A stretch of DNA of 64,000 bases from Antedon mediterranea. Taxonomy: Eukaryota; Animalia; Echinodermata. The stretch lies in contig NC_092674.1 in assembly GCF_964355755.1 (NCBI RefSeq), forward strand, positions 23,870,001 through 23,934,000. Reading direction: 5' to 3'. A program made the position numbers and the translations under genes. The stretch's first letter is position 1; every line of letters starts with the position of its first letter. Positions 43,654-58,600 of the stretch are shown here, in pieces. The notes under the pieces were generated by a model. That model saw only the letters and a list, made by a program, of their open reading frames with translations, ran no database searches and was not told the origin of the DNA.

Positions 43654-46600
43654 ATGACACTTACCCTGAAGAAACTAATTTGTTTCTTGTTTGTAACAAG
43701 TTTGGCAATTATTGGACTATTATCGGTAAGATTAAATTTACTTTCATCTTGTTGCTCAAACTATAGATAATAGATCTCTCGACACGAAATCGAATAAAAA
43801 GAAACTTAAACTCATATGAAAATATTCCGTGTCACACCACCCTCACAAAAATGGGATTGGGTGTTCATCTGGCAAAATAATCTTTTAACCAACCAACCAT
43901 GTTTGTTTATCAGTGTTATTTTAACATTTAACTATAACTTTTAGCATCCGGCGGAGGTTACGGGGAAATACATTTGTTTTATCTTATGTGGGTTCATCCC
44001 ACTTTTATTTCCATGTTCTCTTTACATATATTTTTCATTTTCATTTTAATAAACTATACATATTATTATATTAAAAATGTTTGTTTTTTAAAAAGTTTTG
44101 TTCATTTGTTTACATATTATTACATTGATTTTTGTGTTTATTTTTTCTCTACATAGTTTCCTCTTTTTATACATATTATCTATAACATATTTTCATTAAC
44201 AAGCTTATGTTTTCTTACATATTCATTTTCTTTGTTGCTCAAACTGTAGATAATAGATCTCTCGACACAAAATCGTATAAAAAGAAACTTCAACTCATAT
44301 GAAAACATTCCGGTCACACCACCCTTCTGTTCTGTTCTTCTGGCAAAATGATTTCATCGAAAATTTAAAAAACAAAACAGCCCTTTTAAAATAATCTTTG
44401 GCAGCACCACACATTATTTAACGATTTACAGAATATAGTTTTATTTTTTGTCAGAGTATTTTTTAACAGCTGTTTATAACTATACTATTAGCACTATAAT
44501 TATTAGCATCAAGAGAAGAAAAGAATTATTTTATTTTTTTTTTAATTTTTTTTTTTTATTTTTTTTTATTTCATACTTATCCAACAGCGAGTAACCCGCC
44601 AATTACAGGATGCATAAACTATTTAATAATTTCACAAGACAAACATATACACAAGATGCTCTACATAAACAAATACTTATTATTAAGTCTTTGTGAGTGG
44701 AGATGTAAATTGTCATGAAAACCTGACATATGACAGGACTTGAACCCAGGACCCTTAGATTGGTAGCCAAGCATCATAACCACCAAGCCACAGCTCCACT
44801 CCTAATTATGACATCATCAAGGCAATGCTTGATGACATGGGTTCGTGAATCGTAGTTTTATTAGGTCCATAGTTATTGTCCCTCTCTCATTTTTCATCCA
44901 TCAGTGAATTTTGAAATTAATTTAAAAAAGGTTATCGATTGATAAAGAAATCCATCATTAACATAATCGATATAACAACTAACCCTTGCTTCTTATCTCC
45001 AAGTTCATACTCTTTTGCAGAAACGCTCTGCAAAACTTTTTTCTGGGTTTACTTTAAGTTTTAAATTAGCCTTTGGCTTTGTAATAAATTACCATTCCTA
45101 ACATATAAAGTATCATAGTCTCTACATGAACATTCTAGAATAAGAGTATGTTTAGATTTAAGAAACCATGTATAATTATTATAAGAACAATCAGGAACAT
45201 TCCAGTATGCTATTAATATAAAACTGTAATACAATAGAATAAGAAGTATAAAGAACGATCTAGAAGGATAGGAACATCTTGTATATAAAGGGATGTAAAA
45301 CTATTGTAAGGTTGTTGGATATTACTTAGTTGTTGGATATTAGATTGTAAAGGTTATTGTGAAGCTGTTTAAAGTGCTTACTGGATTGTTGAAAGTTGAA
45401 GTTGATTGAAATTAAAGCTTTGTTTTTGAGTTATTTTACAACTTTGTAGATTTTGTGTGTATACTTTTATGTCACAAGGAAGTTCCTAAAGTATTTTCAA
45501 CCGCTCGGAAACATGCGTAAAGGGAGTTCGTGACAGGGCTTAAAAAATGTATTTCCATTGATATCCAGCCACTTATAGAGCCTCGGCATTTACATTTTTT
45601 TTCAGTAATTCGCCTGTTGATTTAATTTTTCTTTGGATAAGCGTTCCTAGTTCGGGGAAGCGATGATGATTTATAATTAATTCAATTCAATTCAACTTTT
45701 ATTTCAGACAATTGTCCATATGGTATAATACATTACACACAAAAAAAGATGAAGGAGAGAGGACCAAAACTTTTATCTATTGGTATATAATGCCTCTCTC
45801 CATTTGTAGTACATGTTTGAATCAATCAACAAATATTTATATATACAAATTAACTTTCTGTTTTTGCTTTTCATTATTCTTGTAAGAAATAGGTAAGTCG
45901 AAATCCTTAAATATTCATAAAATGATGGAATATTGTTTTCCACAAACAAATTCCTCGCACTAACAAATCTGGGTTGTCCCAACAACCGCCGGAAAGCATC
46001 ATTATAACAAACTTTAAGTCGGTTGATATCTTTTTTTAAATGATTAGACCATAAAGGAGAACAGTATATGTTAATACAATATGATCTAAACAAAAAACAT
46101 TCTGACTAGAAAACGTTGTTATTGATACCAGGACACAAGGAACCTAATCACAACAAGAGGCACATTTCTCTCAATAAGCTTTCTGAACAATGTCGGGTGG
46201 TTAACTCTTTGCTTGAGTCCAGAAAACAGGCATATACCGGGCTACCATTGCGGTTATAGAAATGAGTCTTTTAGATTGGAAGTTGGAAGAATAGAATTAT
46301 AATGTTAATACTGAAACTACCTACAGCACCGGTTGTTTTCTTCTAAATAGGGGGCGTCGGATGGAAGATATTCTGCTATAATTTTCTTTTTCGTATTTAG
46401 TGTTTTATTGATTTTGTAATATCACAAACTTGTGTAAAAACAATCAATGAACGAGTGGAATGGAATGGTTCTTTTAAGCCTGGTTTCCCTTAAAATCGCT
46501 ACAGCCTTTCCATTAAAGAACCATTCCATTCCCAATGAGATTCGTGATATTTCTTAACGGTTCATTCAATAATTTTAAATTAACTCTAAAGCAATATTTC

Positions 46601-49600
46601 AAATTTCATAGAGAAACTTTTTAACTTTTTAAATCATTTACTATTATATTATGTATTTTCATGATTTTATAGTATATTTCCTATGTAGATAGTCATTTTC
46701 TGTGTTGGAGAGACACACCCTACCGATGACAGCGTTTGTTAAGCTTTTGTCTCTCCTCGGCTCCGTCTTCTTCTACTTTTATATTTTATATTTATATGTT
46801 TTGTAAAGTTTATCATGATGTCTATTGCCGAAATGAATAGAATAAAAAATAAAATAACCGCAACACAATTCATTTGGCATCGAATTATTTACGATAATTA
46901 TTATTAATAAATCGATAAAGATCGATTTTACTCGTTTTTATTATTTTACTCTTCCCCGGCACAATGATTTACAAAATATGTCTAAATAATAACATTGTCA
47001 TAAATAGTATTTCCACTTATGACGAAACCGGATGATAATAAAATAGTAATAATTATTAGTTGTCAATGAAGATGAAAAAGAAATGCTACGTAAGTCTTGC
47101 TCCAAATGCTGACATACTGGCAACCGGATAAGAGAACGCTCCATCATGCAGTTATATTTAGCATTATTAATACAGTTAAATTGCTGTATTAATTAAACGT
47201 TACACGTGCATAACAAAAGCCCTACATTTAATAAGGTATTGAATCGAACCAGTATCTCGTTATTATTATTATCGATTACTTTAGTAAGTGTAGCAACATC
47301 TCCTAAATGATGAAGAGTAATATTTAAAGATATAGTGTTCTCCTGAAAAAAGTATTTTTTTTTAAATGCTTGCTGAATATTCCACTTAGTGTAATAGTTA
47401 TTCACTTATGACCAAAAAATTGATCAAAAACAGCTGTGATTTAATGGTAAACAGTCAAATTGACTAAAAGTCAATAGGGTTTTGGTTGTATTTAACCATT
47501 TAGTTTGTCTTTTTATAAGCAAACAAAGTTTTGTTATGCTATATAAATAAACGAGTATTGTATGAGTGGTTGTGTTGTAGGTGTTCTTAGATATTGCGTA
47601 ATGTATGAGGTGTCCGACATGGGGATTTGTTAGAATGGTTTACTTGCAGGGTTTATTGATTAGAGTTTTGATGCGAGCTCTGTGATGGATATAGGCCTAA
47701 TAGTAGGAATAAGAGGCAAAACAAAACTTTTTCGATAAATATTAAGCCTATATTACTGTATTCCATTTTGACACCTATCTTATTAAAAAGCTCATAACCT
47801 ATAAAATAGGTAGCATAAACATAATTATGTTTGATGATGATATATCAGAAATTCTATTAGCCTCTTTTAATCACACTTTCAATCAAAACAATATCTTTTT
47901 CACAAAGAAGAGGAATCAGGACAATCTTTCCTGGAGGAATTATTAAACTTATACTAAAACCGGGACTAAAACAATAAAAAGACAATTCTACCTCAAAACT
48001 GGAGACCAATAACTCTATTGAATGTTGATTACAAAATATTAGCAAAAATACAGAATATCTTTTACAGGTAAGGTTATAGTTAAGTGGTCTGATAGTAGGC
48101 GATAAACGTGAAACATACTGTGTTGCTGCATTATGAAATGTCCTGGACAAATCTAGATACAGTAGGCCTAGCCACAGATAACCAAGAACACATTGAGACG
48201 ATGTTCTATAGTGCAGTTAGTGCATAATTAACAAATAAAAGAGACTCTTGTTTAACGTTTTGCTTTTGTTCTGTCGGGCGTATGAGGAGCAAACATTAAA
48301 ACAATAGTTTTACAATTCTTAAAATGGTATAATTCTTCCTTCTTTCTTTTTCTTTGTTTTAATTAGCCAATAAACCATCATAATGACGACTTCAACAGAC
48401 ATTATAAAATATCATGAAAAAAACTAAAAAACTAATCAAGTTCAGTCCCTGAACATTGACTAATACAAATAAGGCAATCTTTTATAATGATATCTATGCA
48501 TAAAACATTTTTCCTGCTAACATTGTCTATGTCTGTCAAAAGAAACCATATATACATTTATTATTATACAGATATTGACTGCTTAGAGGTTAAATATAAG
48601 ATTTGACATCCCCGAGGGAATGATTAAGTTCGAGGGAATATATATTTCCCGAAGCGTGTTGTTCGTTGTTGCCATGCGGTTAATTGAACTGTAACAATAG
48701 AGAGGTTTCGCAATCTTACGAATACGATAACAAAAACGGATACGTCACGCACACGTATTCGTTTTCGTAAGCCATATTTAAAAAAAAATCTGCTTCGCAT
48801 GGCAACGAAATATTGAGGCGCGTCCAAAATATGACTGCGGTAAATTTGAGCGAAGCGTTGCTTGGTGCTTGGCTGCCTAGGCCTAGCGTAACATCAAAGT
48901 GAGTGAGGACTTTAAAAACTGCTATTTATCAAAATTGACTTGGCATTTTAGTAAATTACTTTAGTAAATTACTTTCAATAAATCTATAATTATATTATAA
49001 TCATGAATCATTCCAAATGCAAAATGTGCAAAATAGATCAAAAACTATACTCGTTTTGTACTTACGAATATGACTGGTGATATTCGTCAACACGAATACG
49101 CTTTACGAATATGAAATGGGGATCAGCTCAAAAGTTTCACAAATGTATGACGTATCCGTTTTCGTTATCGTATTCGCAAGGTTGCGAAACCTCCCTATTG
49201 TGGGCGGTCCGCGGTCTGTCGGCGAGAGTCAAGGAACCATTGATCTCACGTCGATGCATATCCTTCTATTCTTTAATCCATGATAACAATCATAATAAAT
49301 AATGATTGCATTGATTTACATTATACCTAATTTATATTAATATTGTTATGTTATGTTTTTTTATTAATTTTTTTATTGAACATTTATTTAATTTATTTAA
49401 CTTTATACAAATACGAGAAAAAGTTCAAAGGAAGGGAGAACCTAGCAAGTGAATAGACACCTCTATGATGACCTTTATTAATTTTATTGACAAATTGTTA
49501 TACACTTAATTAAAAATGAATCATTCTTTATTGAAAATACAAGTGAACATTTATATCCGTGCCACTCGCGTCAATAGAGAGGTTTCGCAATCTTACGAAT

Positions 49601-52600
49601 ACGATAACGAAAACGGATACGTCACGCATCCGTTCACGAACCGTAATCACGTAGCCATAACATCGGCAGGGGTTCGAGGCTCACTCACTCCATGGTTCTG
49701 GTGGTAGAACGAGTCTTCTCGGATAAGGACTATAAACCGTAGGTCCAGTGTACACAACTTGCTCGTGTGCACTTTAAAGAACCTAGTACATCTTTCGAGA
49801 TGAGTAGGGGGGTTACCCCGGTGTATTAGTACATCACAGCCACTGATCACCAACTGGGCCCTCTGGGAGATCAGTCTTTGACTGAAGAGGTTACCAGGGC
49901 CGTAGCCAGGATCTGTCAAGGGGGGGTTCGGACACTAAGTATTTGGGTCACTGTCCCACTGTCACTGTGTTTCCCTTGTGGCCCGGGCAACAGCCTTAAT
50001 TTCATACTAAATGTTGTTTCTGTCACTAAATTGAAATAGAGTTCCATTTCATCGTATACCATCCGGACACGGAACTTGATAGGCTTAGTCATAAAGTAGT
50101 TACAGAGTTGCAGGGCATTTTATCATTGTTGACTGTTTGGATATTAGCCTAATTGTTAAAACGACCTTCACAACCAAAATATTTCTTTGTAATAAAATCT
50201 ATTTTAAATGGAACGCTACAAAAATAATTCTCTGCTTTATCAGAGCATGCATACCTAATAACCAGACAAGGACGTGTCTTTATTACATTTTACTATCAAT
50301 CTATTTTCAAGTCACGCAATCCATTTTTCAACAATACAGTAGTATAATAACATTTTGATTGAATAGTGAGGGATTAATTACAGTTTGACTTTGAATAAAC
50401 AATTGGTAATTTACTGAAAATCCAAAATGAACTTGTGTTATAATACAAAAAAAATTATTCAATCAAAGAAACGCTCTACTACACATGAGAAATAGATGTC
50501 GGTCGATAAACTTCTGACGACGACTAAAACAACGACAATCAGCTAAATGTTAGTAATTTTATTTCATCTCTGGCTTGTTACATTTTTCATGACACATTAC
50601 CGGACTTCCCCCTCCTCTCGCAATGAACGACAGTACAGATCCTCCCTATCTAGGCTCGTGTATGTAGCATACTACTACGTTATTCACAAATTACGCACGC
50701 ATAGCAGTGTTACTAGAACCATCACAGATTACCTCTAATGGATCAATCATTCACACATGATTTAAAAAATTCATCGACAAACGAAATATAGCCTATATTC
50801 ATTCCTTTTAAATATTAAGCATATTGCCAAGGCTAATAATCGATTTGTCCATAATTATTGCGTTTTGCCGGGGGTTTTCCATAATCTAAGGCCAATGTTT
50901 AGGCCAAATCATAATTGTGCGTATAGTGTTGTATTTCCGATGCGTGTAGTACCCTATTTATCTTCATTTCCGTACGTTCGTCGTAAATAGGCCGAATTTC
51001 CGTAGTAATTTATAGACGTTCCAAAATTTGAACCGTGTTATACCGGTAACAGAGCAAAGTTTGCTTCTTTCTGCAAATTTCCTATCATTATTTTCTTTGT
51101 TTTATTTTGAGTGTGGTTTAAAACAACACTTTTGTAAAGTTTATAGTGGATAAATGAAAATGAATTTTTGGAAAATGTGGTTTTAACATCTGACTTTATT
51201 TAGCATTTTTAAATGAATTAAAATTCCAAATTATACAATTTAACCTTTTGCTCAATATATTTATAGCAACTGCTTCATATTTTTTGTACAACTTTTTAAA
51301 ATTATTAATTGATAATTAATTTACATTAATTGAGTACAGTTATTAGAATGTATTACCGTACCAAAAGTACCTTAATCGGAGACTTCCCCGCGACGTTTGC
51401 ATTGAACGAAAAAAAATTATCATAAATTTACGTGCGAGAATACTATTTGCGGCCATCTAGGGGTGTCATTTAACAATTTGCTTGCTCAAATACTCAGTGT
51501 CTACAGCCCTGGAGTCTTTGGGCAACCCTCTTAAAATAGTCCTGCGACCGCCCCTGATAGCTCTATCTATATTTATTTACAGCAATTTGTTGAGGAAACT
51601 AAATATATCAATGTAAATAGGTGGTATTGATACAGTTGAGTAGGCCTACGTATCGGCTGGTGGTCTAGAAAAAAATAATCGAATGCCATAGGCCTAATGT
51701 AAACTACAGTATACATGATACCATAGATATTATAGTGTAATATATTAAATTCACTATAATCCTCTATGATGATGATACACTATACTTCATAGCCACACAT
51801 AAATATTGTAGGTAACCGCCGCGTTCCATTTTTAAGGCTATATACTTTATGCATGCTGACTGCCAGTGATCGAAACAATAGGTACGCGGTTGTCTAGCGG
51901 TGTTCTTTGTACGATTCGTTCGTGCCCAAGCTCGCGTCAATATCATGTAACATCCTGGGACCAAAAATTCGTATTATTTTTCAGGTGAAAATCGGCAACC
52001 AATTCATTTGTTTAACAATAAGGTATGAGTTATTCACGAACGAGTTTACAAATTTTTCAATTTACAAACAACCTTTTGTATTGTGGGGCACGTATTTGGA
52101 GGATTTTCAGAGATGAGGGTGTGGTGAGGTATTGTGGATGTCGGGGATAGGGGTTCGCAGTCGGTTAAGGGGGGGGGGGGGTCGCTGTAAAGGGGGGTTC
52201 GCCCGAACCATAAAAACCCCCCCTGGCTACGGGCCTGGTTACCCAGTATAAAGATAAAACAAACAAACAAACGCACACGTATTCGTTTTCGTAAGCCATA
52301 AAACAATCTGTTTCGCATGGCAACGAAATATTGAGGCGCGTCCAAAATATGACTGCGGTAAATTTGAGCGAAGGAAGTGCAGGAACGTGTTGCTTGGTGC
52401 TTGGCTGCCTAGGCCTAGCGTAACATCAAAGCGATCGAGTGAGGACTTTAAAAATTGCTATTTATCAAAATTTACTTGGCATTTTAGTAAATTACTTTAG
52501 TAAATTACTTTCAATAAATCTATAATTATATTATAATCATGAATCATTCCTGATTCAAATGCAAAATGTGCAAAATAGATCAAAAACTATACTCGTTTTG

Positions 52601-55600
52601 TAGTTACGAATATGACTGGTGATATTCGTCAACACGAATACGCTTTACGAATATGAAATGGGGATCAGCTCAAAAGTTTCACAAATGTGTGACGTATCCG
52701 TTTTCGTTATCGTATTCGTTAGGTTGCGAAACCTCCCTAATAAGAACAAAACATAAAAACAATGATAGTTCTAAACGAAACGAATTAAAAATAATTGAAA
52801 GAACTATTATGTACAGATATATAAACTTATAAAAGAACACCGCAACACAATTCCTTTTGGCATCGAATTATGTACGATGATTATCATCAATAAATCGATA
52901 AAGATCGATTTTACTCGTTTTTATTATTTTACTCTTCCCTAGGTTTTACCAAATGTGTCTATTTTTTTGGAAATAATAACATTGTCATAAATATTATTCA
53001 ATATTCAATATTCAATAAACTTTATTGTCAAACTCATGAATGGCTTGGAACTTTGGCTGAAAGTACACACATTAAAATTGTCTAAAAATATTGTCGCACA
53101 AACAGTAAAAAAAAAGAATAAAAAAACATAAAACTGAGAACAAGATGTCAAATAAAAAGTTTAAAAAGGGCACAAAAAATACAAATTGAGTTAAAAATAC
53201 AGCTAAGATACTTATTGCGTTTATCTTTTCCACATTACATTAAAATGCCTCATAGCAGATGGGAGAAAGGATCTACGTAGGCGTTCAGTGTTCCAGCGAG
53301 GAACTTACAATACTTATAATAATAGTAATAATTATTGGTTTAATAATTCCAGTTAAAACATATAGACATATTATTATTATATTATTTTCAAAGAATATGT
53401 CATTAGGTCTGTTGTATTTTATATTGCTTGATCAGTTGTTGTTAGTTCCATGTTGATCACGAATGTAAATAGTATGTGTATTGTTTTGCTTGTGTTTTTC
53501 TGTCAAGAAAACGATTATACTATGTAAGAATGACTTAATAAATCGAATTTGAATCTGAATGAAAGAGAAATTATACGTATGTCTTGCTCCAAATGCTGAC
53601 ATACTGGTAACCGGATAAATAGAACGCTCCATCATGCAGTTATATTTATCAGTTAAATTGCTGTATTAATTAAACCATGAACCTATAAATAATGTATAGG
53701 TCCATGATTAAACCATGCATCACACAAGCCCTATATTAAGTAAGAATATCGGGTTGTTATTATTATCGATTCCTTTAGTAAGTGTAGCAACGTCTCTTAA
53801 ATGATAAAGAGTGATATTTAAAAGTTTGTTTTAAAACAAATAAATGCAGTTAATATGTTATTTTTATATACATTTTTTCATAAATAATATTAAACACACG
53901 GTTAAATAAAAGTAATGCTTAAATATTAATGAATAACAAATCTCTATACAATATTAGTAATGTTAATGTTCGGGTACCAAACATTAATTTGATAATCTGT
54001 TTGAATGCATCTACTTAAAGATATATTGTTGTCCCCCTGAAAAATATATTTTAAAATAATATTTTCACATAGGCCTAATACATTTCATTTATTTTAATTT
54101 ATTTTTATTCAAACACAGTAAAATATATACATGGTTTAGACCTACAATTATTTTTGTTGGTTCAAAGTTAAAAATTCACATAAAAATATAAAAATGAGTT
54201 AAAAAGGTTCAAATTTGGTAAAATGCAAATAAAACATTTAAAATACAGATAAAATGCATAGTTTAAAATATAAAATGCAAAAAAGGTTGGTGTGTGAAGA
54301 GGGTATAGCCTAAAATGATAGGTAACAAATAGTTAGGCCTATAGAGTATCACGGTGCTGACGTCACGACGGTAAGTGGCGCTGCGTGGTTGCTAGCGCAA
54401 CCAAAAATGCGTTCAGCCTGCCTGAGTGACTCAAAGGTCACCTATGGTTTGGAATAGGCTTATTGAAGTAGTCATTTTTTAGTTGGCTAGCAACCATGCA
54501 GCGCCCTGTATTGTTGTGACGTCACACCGTGATACTCTATTCACTTTTTCAAAAATTTGATCAAAAAGTTATGTTCCTGAAACAACCGTGTAATTTAACG
54601 CAAAAAAATAGTCAAATTGACTGAAATTCAATGGGAGTTTGGTTGAATTTAACCGTTTAGTTTGTCTTTTTATAAGTAAAAACATTATTTAAGTTATTTT
54701 TAGTCGCGTGGAAGCGACTCTATAGTTCACTATGTCGGTCGGTTGGTCGGTCTGTCTGTCGGTCGGTCTGTCGGTCTGTCTGTCTGTCTGTCTGTCGGTC
54801 CGGTATCACTATGCGTTTTATCGCTTTCTGACCTTATCAGTCAGTTTAATCTAGCTAAGTCAATTTTTCACAGTATATTCTTTATGGCCAGGAATCGATG
54901 TGGTTACGTTTTCACGGTGCGCAATAAAAAAATTACGCGGTCTACGCACGATTTAACGAAATCACGTTTGTAATCATATCTTCACAACCATGAATCACAA
55001 TTAAATAAAATTTGGTACTCATAAATTTCAGGGCATAAATCATCATATGGCAATACAATTACGTGCGTAGCGCATGTAACGCATGCGTACGCGCGCTTAA
55101 AATTTTCAAAATTTATTTTCAATGAAATAAGAGTACGTTTCAGGCAATTTTAAGCGTTTACAAAATTGCCATGAGTGCGCATATTTTTGCGCGCGCACTG
55201 CGCGTTAAATGTTATTGCGCACTCTTTTTGCCCGATTTCTGTTTTCTTGACTTACTTTTCAACTCTTTTTTCAACTTTCTGTCGGTCTGTCTGTCGGTCT
55301 GTCGGTCTGTCTGTCGGTCCGGTATCACTATGCATTGTAGCACGCGACTTAATGGCTGTTGGCCTTGTTACAGAAGTGATTAACTTGATCAAAACTACGA
55401 AATTGCCAATTCACAGTTTTTTATTAATCTTCATTTTTAATGTTTTGTGGGAGAATACACCTTAAAATTGTTAGTTAAGATTTCAACATCATTATTATTG
55501 TATAATGCGACCATATTTCAAGGATAAACTAAAGTTTATAATATGCAAGATGTAGGAAATTATGCAGTCGAGTAATGAGCTCGGTAACAAAGGTATAGGC

Positions 55601-58600
55601 CTAAGGCTGTAAATTTAATATTTAATAGAATACCATAGATTTACCATTTGCATTTATAAATCGTGTTTAGTAATAAGAAAAGAAAAGAAACAAAATCAGG
55701 AATCAAAAATAATTTGGAGATTATTTTGCTATGAATTAAAGGATTTATTAACAAATGAATTTATGCATAATTTACATAAGGCTCAAAAGAAATGGACGAA
55801 TAATTTAAAAGATAAACTATTAAAACTATCAAAAGACTTAATGGTAATAATGTAATTATTTCATTGATTCCTTTTTTTTCTTACCTTATCATAATGGATG
55901 TATATTAACGTAAACTCCGTTTTTAGGCATCAGTTATACTTTTTAAGATGCCAATTATTCAAATACATGTATGTGTATATGATATCCCGCTTCTTGAATC
56001 ATTTAATCATTGGTGGTGCAATATAATTGATGGCATGTCAATATAATCTGTAATTATTGGTATTTATTTTTTAATATATATATATATATATTTCTATATT
56101 TGCAATATTTATATTGTATGCATGTCAATGTTATCTGCATGTATTTGTATTTGTCCAATATATATATTTTTCTATATTTGCAATATTTTATATCGTAAAT
56201 ACAAATTGTAAGTATTAGTTGTACCAAGGTGACATCGGGTATGAAGCGTCTCACATACGCACAGAGCCAAAATCGCATCTTGGACTTGCACAGTGTATGG
56301 ACTCTAACCTTACGGTTTTCATTAAATATATCATTGCATGCTATCATTCTAAATATCTAACTTTCAAACTTTTGCATTCCTCTTTTTTCATCTCCTCCTT
56401 TTTATCTTGGTGAAAAGGGAGGATACTACATTTTCCTCCTCTGAGTTTATAGCCTCTCTACTCGAACACAAATAAGATCACAAATAAGATAGTTTCACAA
56501 GAAAATTTTAATCATGTATTTTACCGCCATTTTTCATTTTTACATTTTAAATAACATCGTATCTAAAATTTTAAATGAAAACAAAATGGTTAATACTGAA
56601 TTCAAGCATCTTATTATGTAAATATACCTGTATTTTAACTACTTTAAAAACTTACTTTTAGGCCTAATTGTCACAAATGTACTTATATGTATATAATATA
56701 TTCACCAATGAGAATTTAAATAAACGTGAGATGAACTCACACAAGACAAAAAAAAAGAGAATACCATAGACACTGTATATACACCTTCATTTTTGTGTTG
56801 TTTTTATATATATTCAAAAATAAAAAATAATCAATGTTTTTTATGTCTTTTGTTAATATTTTAATTTAAAAAAAATATATATATCCACCATGACTTATTT
56901 CCCGTTTGTGAGGACGTAATATGTCATTATCGTCTGGTCCAAATTTAATAAGCTTGTTCTTTACTTTGGCGTAATGGCTAAACCCAGGGGCCCCGGATCT
57001 CATGGGAGAGCAGGGTGGGGAGGGGGCGGTGCTGAGTAGGCATTACAATATGTCGAAAAGGCTATAAATATCCGAGACCTCGAGAGTTGGAGAGCCCCTT
57101 GGGGTTCCTAAGTCAGGAGCCTCAAGCCTCTGCGTTACGCCACTGGTTCTGTAATTTTAATTTCTACTTGGTTGAGTATTCTTGTTTCTTTTGTTAATGT
57201 CTGAATGTCTTGTTGTGTAAAGAATGGTGGTTGCTTTAAAACGACGTATGTTGGTGTTCCATCCAGTAAATACACGATGGCAGCTGGGTCGTTTTCCCTC
57301 ATGTCCTTTTTTGTACCATGCCCACTCTTTAAAAACATAAATAGTTTGACTTATGGCCATGGTTAGAATGTGTTTTACTACATGATGTAATCGTTAGTTT
57401 TACTGATAATTCTATTCACCGTCAAATACATTTATTTATTTATCTTTTTTAGGCGAATAGTAGAATTGGAGTATTTAGGACTACGTTGGGAGTGTATATG
57501 CCTGTAACAGTATATAAGTCTGTTAAAACAAGAATACCTCGATACCAGGTTGTGAAGACGTCCAGAATTAGCAAAGGAGTTCAACATACGTATATGGCCC
57601 GTTCAGCAGGTACAATGGGCTTACCTGATGTTTCAAAAACAAAACTTCGAATTAATAACACCAACATTCGAAAGGGAGAATTTTTTAGTTTTTTTGTTGA
57701 TTTCAAAGACAAATTTGGTCGTCAACGTATAAAAGGTGGAGATTTTATTTTTGCAACAATTGATATAAACGGTACACGGTCCACGGGTAAAGTAATTGAC
57801 TTTGACAACGGGACATACGAAGTGATTTTCTTAGCTTCGAGTGAAGGAAAAGCTACACCAACCATCCAGCTTGTTCATCCCCAAGAAGCTGTGTATTATC
57901 TCGAAAACATCGAATGGCCGGTAGAAGATCGCGTTTACTGGATCGGCAGCTTTATTAAAAATAAATTGACTGAAACATCCTCGTGTGCAATAAAACGTGT
58001 TGGAAGTTGGGTAAACAAATGCGAGTACGCTTTTCCTGAAGCACTAGGTGGAGTAATGTTTATTTGCAATAAACCAAAAACATTACCATGTGATTCGCTT
58101 ATATCCACAAGAACTGACAAGAGCAGTGTTGGAAAGAATTTCCAGAAGGTTCCTAAGAATGTTGTAGACAATTATTTCTCAAAGTAAGAATATTGATCAA
58201 TTGATAATGTGACATTATTATGCTATTATTGAATTAAAATTATGATTATTATTCCCCACCCCCAACTGTGTGTTTCCACTATACCGTCACTAATACCGTA
58301 TAAAAGGTACCATCCAAATTTAAATTATCAATACCAATACCGGTTGTGGATTACTACTGTCTTATATTCATGTCCTAGTGGGAAACAAGCTTAATTACAA
58401 AGAGTCTGATATAAAATAGGGATTATATCAATTGTATGTGGAAATAATGTCAAGGGAGACATGTCCGGGTAAATGACAGCTAGTTGCTCGTACATAAAAT
58501 ATAACCTAGATTATCGGTCCTTCACATTTTCGGAGCTATCTTATCGTGTAGCAGATGTATACATTTTACAAAATAATTCTTTTATTTCATAGAAATGTCA

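Larger units (their letters stand above)
49576..52738 (-). mobile_element. same MITE family split by a SINE that itself contains a DNA transposon
   Basis: Left part 49576-49628 and right part 52271-52738 rejoin to the 48699-49196 sequence. AAT on both sides. Confidence 0.85.
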
